NCBI GenBank assembly: GCA_902490325.1
Contig: CABUDJ010000001.1
Location: forward strand, 6,937 to 70,936
DNA: 64,000 nucleotides
Direction of reading: 5' to 3'
Source of the DNA: an uncultured Collinsella sp.
Lineage (GTDB): Bacteria > Actinomycetota > Coriobacteriia > Coriobacteriales > Coriobacteriaceae
The position numbers were made by a program, and so were the translations under genes. This document shows positions 57,963-64,000 of this stretch, in pieces. Numbering within the stretch: the stretch's first letter is position 1; the number at the start of each line of letters is the position of its first letter. The notes under the pieces were generated by a model. It had not been told where the DNA came from. It did not search any database and saw nothing but the letters and a program-made list of their open reading frames with translations.

Positions 57963-58120
57963 GGGACTCCTTTTGTTACAGAACGGTTTCGCACAAAGGA
58001 TTCTGCTCCCAGATGTGGATGTAGTAAAGCGAATGTATCTTCAGTATGATTAAGAAATGCTAAAGTAGGCACGAAAAGCGCTGGCAAAACGTTTTACGGC
58101 TGCATTGATGCGGAGGCACG

Positions 58121-58987
58121 ATGGCATCGCGGTATCAGATTGTTTGTATGGTGGTCGATTGCGGCAGTCTGAAACGTGCGGCGGACGAGCTGGGCTATAC
58201 GCAAAGTGCGGTGAGCCAGGCCGTCAAGGCGCTCGAGCGCGAGCTGGGCACCACGCTTATCGAGCGCGGCAAGCAGGGTGTCTCACTTACGCGCGACGGT
58301 AAACAATATCTGCCGTACCTGCGCCAGATTGTGACCGCCGAGGCCGAGCTCGAGGGCAAGCGCCAGGAGCTGCTGGGGCTCTCCTCGACCGATATTCGTA
58401 TCGCGACGTTTACCAACGTGAGTCGAACCGTGTTGCCACGTGTGATCCGCGATTTTGGGGCCCTGCACCCGGGCGTGCACTTTACCCTCAAGCAGGGTGA
58501 TTACACGCGCAACGCCCAGTGGGTGCACGATGGCGTGGTTGATTTTTGCTTTACGGCGCGCGGATTTACCGCTGGGCTCGAGAAACGCGTGGTCTATCAC
58601 GATGAGTTGGTGGCACTGTTACCGGCTGCGCATCCGCTGGCGGCAAAGGAAAAGGTGACGCTCGCCGATCTGGCGACCGAGCCGTTTGTGCTGCTGGATG
58701 AGGGCGAACAGAGCCTGGTGCTCGATGCATTCGCGGCGCATGGGCTGTCGCCGCACGTGACGAGCGAGGTGACCGACGACTACACCATCATGGCGATGGT
58801 GGAGGAGGGCCTAGGTGTGAGTATGCTGTATCGCCGTACCGTCGAAGGCATGCGGGCCGATATTCGCGTACGTCCCATCGTGCATGCCCCCTCGCGCGAT
58901 GTGGTGGCCGCCTGGCGCAGCTGGGACACCATGCCCATCGCCACGAGGCGCTTTATCGACTATATGAGCTCGCATATTGTCAATTAA
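58121..58987 (+). CDS. LysR family transcriptional regulator
   Basis: HTH is GSLKRAADELGYTQSAVSQAVKALERELG, followed by a LysR substrate-binding domain. Confidence 0.9.
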   Translation: MASRYQIVCMVVDCGSLKRAADELGYTQSAVSQAVKALERELGTTLIERGKQGVSLTRDGKQYLPYLRQIVTAEAELEGKRQELLGLSSTDIRIATFTNVSRTVLPRVIRDFGALHPGVHFTLKQGDYTRNAQWVHDGVVDFCFTARGFTAGLEKRVVYHDELVALLPAAHPLAAKEKVTLADLATEPFVLLDEGEQSLVLDAFAAHGLSPHVTSEVTDDYTIMAMVEEGLGVSMLYRRTVEGMRADIRVRPIVHAPSRDVVAAWRSWDTMPIATRRFIDYMSSHIVN

Positions 58988-59014
58988 TGACTGGCGTGGC
59001 GTTGAGTGCGGCGT

Positions 59015-60397
59015 TTAGCGGGCTGTCGCTTTGGCTTTGGTGGCGCGATAGGTACGTGCCGGGTGGCAGAGTAATACCGCCACGACCATAAAGAACGCCG
59101 TGGTGCCCAGGCTGATGGGGTAAACCATCATGATGTTCGCAAAGGTGCGGAAGTGCGGGAACACGCAGAACACCCAGTAGAAGCGAATGCCGCAGACGCA
59201 AATCATGGTGATGAGGGCGGGCATGAGCGAGATGCCAAAGCCGCGCAGGTAGCCGGACATGTTTTCGTAGAACATGCTAAAGGCGTACGCCGGGAAAATC
59301 GAGCACACGCGGATATAGCCGATCGAGACGATGTTGGGATCGCTGTTGAACAGCGATAGGATTTCGCGCCCGAGGCCGACAATAACGATAATCGTGGTGA
59401 GGGCAACGATACCGCCTTCGACCAGACAGACCTTAAGCGTCTTGGTGCAGCGGTCGATTTGGCGAGCACCGTGATTTTGTCCCACAAAGGTGGTGCACGC
59501 CTGGCTAAAGCTGTTGAGAAGGTTGTAGCACACGTACTCCAGGCTCATGGCGGCGCTCGATGCCGCCATGACCTCGGTGCCCAGGCTGTTGATGGCGGAC
59601 TGGATGATGATGTTGGCGACGGCAAAGACGGCGCTTTGGATGCCGGCGGGCAGGCCGATCTTGACGATGCGTTTGAGGGCGACGGGGTCGATAGCCAGGT
59701 CGCGCGGGGTGACGCGGACGACGGAGTCGGTCTTGAGCAGGCGGATAAAGAGCGTAGCGGCGCTGACGGTGTAGGCGATGGCGGTGGCGATGGCGACGCC
59801 CGCGACTCCCCAGTGGAGTACGGGGACAAAGATGAGGTCCAGGCCAATGTTGAGGACGGTGGACACGGCAAGCGCCTGCAGCGGCATGCGGGTGATGCCG
59901 ACGGAGCGGAAGATTGCGGCCTCAAAGTTGTAGAGCAAGATCGAGGGCATGCTCAGCAAAAAGACGCGTAGATAGAGTGCGGCGAGCGGCATGGTCTCGG
60001 CGGGAACGTTGAGCGCGGCGAGCATTGGCTCGGCGAAGATCTCGCCCAGGGCGATGACGACGAAGCCCACGAGCGCCATTAAAATCGAGGTATGGACGGC
60101 GCGTTTGACCATGTTCTGATCGTTGCGGCCGATAGCGTTGGCGATGACCACGTTGGAGCCAAGCGACATGCCAATAAAAAGGTTGAGCATAAGGCTGGTA
60201 AGCGGAACATTGGAGCCGACCGCCGCCATGGCGAGGGTTCCCTGGTCGCCCGAGAAGTTGCCGATGATGACCGTGGCAATAAGGTTCGACAGCTGCTCCA
60301 GGATGCTCGTGGCGGCCACGGGGAAGGCGAACAAAGGAATATTGCGCCACAGCGAGCCGGTGGTCATGTCAATGTGCTTAGATACGGTGTCAGCCAT
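59015..60397 (-). CDS. MATE family efflux transporter
   Basis: 12-TM profile. The N-terminus TGSLWRNIPLFAFPVAATSILEQL is typical of MATE/NorM-like proteins. Confidence 0.88.
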   Translation of the reverse strand: MADTVSKHIDMTTGSLWRNIPLFAFPVAATSILEQLSNLIATVIIGNFSGDQGTLAMAAVGSNVPLTSLMLNLFIGMSLGSNVVIANAIGRNDQNMVKRAVHTSILMALVGFVVIALGEIFAEPMLAALNVPAETMPLAALYLRVFLLSMPSILLYNFEAAIFRSVGITRMPLQALAVSTVLNIGLDLIFVPVLHWGVAGVAIATAIAYTVSAATLFIRLLKTDSVVRVTPRDLAIDPVALKRIVKIGLPAGIQSAVFAVANIIIQSAINSLGTEVMAASSAAMSLEYVCYNLLNSFSQACTTFVGQNHGARQIDRCTKTLKVCLVEGGIVALTTIIVIVGLGREILSLFNSDPNIVSIGYIRVCSIFPAYAFSMFYENMSGYLRGFGISLMPALITMICVCGIRFYWVFCVFPHFRTFANIMMVYPISLGTTAFFMVVAVLLCHPARTYRATKAKATAR

Positions 60398-60524
60398 GCG
60401 CTCTCAATTTCTAACATGCTATTTTGTGCTTATTTGCGCAGACGATGATACTCCTAATCGACTAGTCATTGGGGAAGGCGTGCGACAATGGTGGGCGTTG
60501 TGTTGTTCGCGCTAAGGAGTTGCC

Positions 60525-61337
60525 ATGTTGTTGTGTCCCGTTTGCCATGAGCCGTTGGTGGACGATGAGCGCGGTGCGGCATGCGCGAGCGGACACCGGT
60601 TTGACCGTGCGCGCGAGGGCTATCTGTATCTGCTGCGCTCGTCCAAGAGCGGTGACTCCATGGGTGATCCCAAGTCGCAGGCGCGCAGTCGTCGCGACTT
60701 TCTGAACCGTGGATACTACGCGCCGTTGCGCGATGCGATGATCGAGCTGGTGCGCAAGCAGGTGTCTGGGTGTGCTGCGTCTACGAATGGCCCCATGACG
60801 CTGCTCGATATTTGCTGCGGCGAGGGCTACTACACCAGCGCCATGGGCGCGGTGCCGGGCGTGGATGCTTACGGTTTCGACCTGGGCAAAGAGATGGTGC
60901 GCCTTGCCGCCAAGCGCGGCGATGCGACCTACTTCGTGGCCAACATGAAGGACATCCCCGTGGCCGATGGCGCCTTCGATATGGTGACCGAGCTCTTCGC
61001 TCCCTTTAACGAGCGCGAATTTGCCCGCGTGCTGGCGCCAGAGGGCTCGCTCTACACCGTGGTGCCGGGCGCCCGTCATCTGTTTGGGCTCAAGGAGGTG
61101 CTCTACGACACGCCATACCTTAACGATGAGAAGCTGCCGAAGACCACCGAGCTCGAGTTGGTCGGAGCGCAGCGGGTGTCTGCGAATATTACGCTTCAGA
61201 CCCAGGCCGACATCGAAGCGGTGTTCCAGATGACGCCGTACTACTACCGCACGCGCCCTGCCGACAAAGAGCGCCTGGCAAACTTGGACACGCTCCAGAC
61301 CGACATCGACTTCATCATCGCCGAGTACCGCCACTAA
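60525..61337 (+). CDS. rlmA: 23S rRNA (guanine-N1)-methyltransferase RlmA-like SAM-dependent methyltransferase
   Basis: N-terminal Zn motif LLCPVCHEPL...CASGHRFDRAREGYLYLL. SAM motif LLDICCGEGYY. RBS AAGGAG. Confidence 0.75.
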   Translation: MLLCPVCHEPLVDDERGAACASGHRFDRAREGYLYLLRSSKSGDSMGDPKSQARSRRDFLNRGYYAPLRDAMIELVRKQVSGCAASTNGPMTLLDICCGEGYYTSAMGAVPGVDAYGFDLGKEMVRLAAKRGDATYFVANMKDIPVADGAFDMVTELFAPFNEREFARVLAPEGSLYTVVPGARHLFGLKEVLYDTPYLNDEKLPKTTELELVGAQRVSANITLQTQADIEAVFQMTPYYYRTRPADKERLANLDTLQTDIDFIIAEYRH

Positions 61338-61390
61338 CCTACCAAAAAGGGACAGATTTATTTTGGCAGGTTTTATCTGGGCAAACGTAA

Positions 61391-61426
61391 AGGGCCGACC
61401 GCGGAGATGCGCGATCGGCCCTTTTT
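61391..61426. terminator. bidirectional hairpin terminator
   Basis: AGGGCCGACCGCG-GAGATG-CGCGATCGGCCCT followed by TTTT, and preceded by AAA. Confidence 0.7.
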
Positions 61427-61462
61427 AGTTGCTTGGCTGCAGAGGTTATGAGAAGCGAGCGC

Positions 61463-61864
61463 TTACAGGCGGTCCTTGTTCTCGGCCTTAACCTCATGTG
61501 CCTGCTGAACAAAGAACAGGTCGTACACCACGATGACAAAGGCGCCATAGTTGATGGCGTCGCCGCCAAACGCGGGAAGCGTGAGCACGGCCTGCGCAAT
61601 CGTGGCGATTGCGGCAACAATACCGAGCTTAAACGCGCCATCCACCTGCGAAGGCTTGTTGGCACCCTTGATGCCCGCAACACCTGCGGCAAGATCGACA
61701 ACGCCCTTGGCGACCAGCACGACCGTGGCGAGCATGGCGTTCGGCCCGTACGTGGACTCGAGCTTGCCGGTCGCGATGCCGGCGATTCCGATGACGAGAC
61801 TGGCGATGCCCAGAACAAAATAAATCAGGGCGAGGATTTTGAGTGTCTTGCGAGCGGCGCTCAT
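61463..61864 (-). CDS. hypothetical membrane protein (133 aa, 4 predicted helices)
   Basis: Start chosen at MSAARKTLKILALIYFVLG with RBS AAAGGA. Gly/Ala-rich TM helices. Confidence 0.65.
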   Translation of the reverse strand: MSAARKTLKILALIYFVLGIASLVIGIAGIATGKLESTYGPNAMLATVVLVAKGVVDLAAGVAGIKGANKPSQVDGAFKLGIVAAIATIAQAVLTLPAFGGDAINYGAFVIVVYDLFFVQQAHEVKAENKDRL

Positions 61865-62093
61865 AGCTGGTCCTTTCGATGCGGGCGCGGAGAATCTGTC
61901 GCACCCAGGTTGCGGCACATATCGTGAAGCACATTGTAGTTCAACGGGGCGATACGTGCGCCTGAAAGCGTCTCTTGCCTGTACGGTCCAACCTTTCAAA
62001 AAGGAAAGCTGGACGTAAGCCAAATCGATGGCAGCCCATGTGCGGCGCTGCGATGATGAGGTCGTAACAAGGAGCTGGTCTCAAGGAGGAGTC

Positions 62094-62237
62094 ATGATGT
62101 ACGGAGCAGGGCAAGTGCGTGAGCCGCGGTCGTTGGGAAGGCGCATGGGTGATTCTGTGATCGCTGCCGTGTGCACGGGATTGATGGCGGTGCTTTGCAT
62201 TGCGATGCTGTGGGCCATGTCGCATGTGGGACAATAG
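62094..62237 (+). CDS. small membrane protein (47 aa), hypothetical
   Basis: Strong RBS AAGGAGGAG lies 4 nt before the ATG. One TM helix (VIAAVCTGLMAVLCIAMLWAM). Confidence 0.4.
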   Translation: MMYGAGQVREPRSLGRRMGDSVIAAVCTGLMAVLCIAMLWAMSHVGQ

Positions 62238-62300
62238 CGGACGGTTGGGTGCCGACATAAACGGCACTCACGTATTCGTTTTGCTTGTTAAGGAGTACCC

Positions 62301-63005
62301 ATGGGCGTCGTCGATCCCTTTTCTGTTGCTCGGGCCGCGGGGCTTGAGCTGATCGGGAAGTCCGAGGGCCTCACGCTCACCGACGGCACGATGGAGCTGC
62401 GCGCCGATTTCACCCGCATGCTTCCGCGGCTTAAACAGGGCCGTCTGCAGCAAGAGCTGTTGGTAAAGGCTGCGCGCACAAAGGGTATCGAGCGACCATG
62501 GGCGATTGACGCCACGGCGGGCTTTGGCGAGGATTCGCTGCTGTTGGCGGCTGCGGGCTTTACCGTCGATCTGTATGAGCAAGATTGCGTGATCGCGGCG
62601 CTCCTCAAGGATGCCCTGGATCGCGCGGCAGATGATCCGGTGCTTGCGGCTGCCGTGGCACGCATGCGCCTTCATGCGGGCGAGGACAGCATTGCCGGCC
62701 TTCGCCATACGGCTGAGTTGATCGGGCGGGGCGAGCTCGCCGCCCCCGACGCGGTGTACCTGGACCCCATGTTTCCCGAGCGTACCAAAAGTGCGGCGGT
62801 CAAAAAGAAGTTCCAGCTCCTACATCATCTGGAGCAGCCATGCGCCGACGAGGAATTGCTGGTCGAGGCGGCGCTTGCGGTGCACCCGCGCAAGGTCGTT
62901 ATCAAACGGCCGGTAAAGGGGCCACTGCTCGCCGGCGTTAAGCCGAGCTATCAACTTGCGGGCAAGGCCGTTCGCTACGATGCGTTGGTGCCGCCGCGCC
63001 CGTAG
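62301..63005 (+). CDS. rsmJ: 16S rRNA (guanine1516-N2)-methyltransferase RsmJ-like SAM-dependent methyltransferase
   Basis: DATAGFGEDSLLLAAAGF and VYLDPMFPERTKSAAVKKKF. RBS AAGGAG. Confidence 0.75.
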   Translation: MGVVDPFSVARAAGLELIGKSEGLTLTDGTMELRADFTRMLPRLKQGRLQQELLVKAARTKGIERPWAIDATAGFGEDSLLLAAAGFTVDLYEQDCVIAALLKDALDRAADDPVLAAAVARMRLHAGEDSIAGLRHTAELIGRGELAAPDAVYLDPMFPERTKSAAVKKKFQLLHHLEQPCADEELLVEAALAVHPRKVVIKRPVKGPLLAGVKPSYQLAGKAVRYDALVPPRP

Positions 63006-63053
63006 CTTGCGTGCGATGGCTGGCGCTCCGTCAATGCCGTGCCGATGCGGTGC

Positions 63054-63350
63054 CTATTTCCAAGGGTGCGATGTCAGGTGCCATCCACCGCAGTATTCGC
63101 ATTTGTAGCAGGCCAAACCGCGCCGACCGCGGTTTTCGCAGTCGGCCATAACGGCCTCGGCCTCGGCGCGTGTGTCGTAACGGTTTTTGCGTTCGCACGA
63201 CTTGTAGCGCCAGGCTTCATCGCGCTCGGCGTCCAGGGCGTCGCGGCGCTCGTCCTCGCGTGCAAACAGGTCGCTCATATCGCCGCCGGTGGCAGTGCTC
63301 AAAAACTCGCTTTTTGCTTTTGACCAGGCGGCTCGCTTTTTGCTTCCCAT
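63054..63350 (-). CDS. small hypothetical protein with C-terminal zinc-ribbon-like motif
   Basis: Start at MGSKKRAAW. The Cys pairs C..(N)..C and CYKCEYCGGWH fall in the last 45 aa. Confidence 0.55.
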   Translation of the reverse strand: MGSKKRAAWSKAKSEFLSTATGGDMSDLFAREDERRDALDAERDEAWRYKSCERKNRYDTRAEAEAVMADCENRGRRGLACYKCEYCGGWHLTSHPWK

Positions 63351-63427
63351 CTGCTTCGTGCCCCTCTCCAAACGTTGGTATCATTGCTCAATCAAAGTGA
63401 TACCAATAAACGTGAGGTCGCCGCGTG

Positions 63428-63916
63428 ATGATCAGAAAAACCCTCGATACCGACATTCCTGCCGTCATGGCTATCTATGACGCCGCCCGCGCCTTTATGC
63501 GCGCACATGGCAACGCTACGCAGTGGCCCGAGGGCACGCCTTCGGCCGAGCAGCTGGCTGCCGATATTGCCGCTGGTGGCAGTTACGTGTGCGAATTCGA
63601 CGGTCGCGTGGTGGCGACGTTTGCCTTTTTACCGGGCCCGGACGAGTGCTATGGCGTAATTGAGGGCGGTCAGTGGCACAGCGACGCCCCGTATGCTGTG
63701 CTGCACCGCGTGGCATCCGACGGCACCACGCATGGCGTCGCGGCTGCGATGTTTGCCTTTGCCAAGGAACGCATCGGCCATCTGCGTATCGACACACACC
63801 AAGACAACCTGCCCATGCAGGGCGCCATCGCCAAGGCCGGGTTTAAGCGCGCCGGTATCGTATATGTGTCGGACGGTACGCCGCGTGTCGCGTTTGATTG
63901 GCTGCGCGAGGCATAA
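63428..63916 (+). CDS. GNAT family N-acetyltransferase
   Basis: MIRKTLDTDIPAVMAIYDAAR... with an acetyl-CoA-binding-type segment, HGVAAAMFAFAKE...DNLPMQGAIAKAGF. Confidence 0.85.
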   Translation: MIRKTLDTDIPAVMAIYDAARAFMRAHGNATQWPEGTPSAEQLAADIAAGGSYVCEFDGRVVATFAFLPGPDECYGVIEGGQWHSDAPYAVLHRVASDGTTHGVAAAMFAFAKERIGHLRIDTHQDNLPMQGAIAKAGFKRAGIVYVSDGTPRVAFDWLREA

Positions 63917-63950
63917 AGGCCGAGTCACATACCAGCGTTTCACCGAAATG

Positions 63951-63978
63951 AAAATGGCCCCGAGTGGGGCCATTTTTG
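63951..63978 (+). terminator. rho-independent terminator
   Basis: AAAATGGCCCC-GAGT-GGGGCCATTTT followed by T. Confidence 0.75.
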
Positions 63979-64000
63979 GTAAAACGCGTTGTTGTGGGGC

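Overview
This is a 64-kb chromosomal segment from a high-GC Gram-positive-type genome. Gene content and repeat families suggest a Coriobacteriia-like gut actinobacterium, but that is inference only. I can support about 58 protein-coding genes. I found no rRNA, tRNA or CRISPR array. The backbone consists of a type IIA topoisomerase B/A pair, prfC, ung, a Dus-family gene, TrmO, two rRNA methyltransferases, and many transporters and regulators. The unusual parts, in order along the window: (1) A left-edge accessory patch (359-4825) holds a ToxN/AbiQ-like toxin gene that appears frameshifted and has no visible antitoxin repeats. It also holds a 559-aa protein with a HEPN-type RNxxxH motif whose 3' end overlaps a convergent WYL-domain regulator, plus two tiny membrane-protein genes. 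This is my best candidate for an undescribed defence or abortive-infection module. (2) A sensor kinase (in-frame TGA) and a PatB/MalY-type PLP enzyme (in-frame TAG) are otherwise intact but each is interrupted by one stop codon. (3) A TetR-controlled deiminase + carbamoyltransferase cluster has two paralogous MFS transporters, is bracketed by copies of a palindromic repeat family, and has no carbamate kinase. (4) A roughly 1-kb AT-rich insert is bounded by 72-nt direct repeats and contains a perfect 30-bp inverted repeat around 169 bp, which looks inverton-like or MITE-like. (5) An intergenic array of eight 15-mers sits at an exact 40-nt phase with alternating orientation, upstream of prfC. 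(6) A possible preQ1-type riboswitch lies in front of a YhhQ/VUT transporter. All family assignments come from reading the supplied translations. No database search was run.
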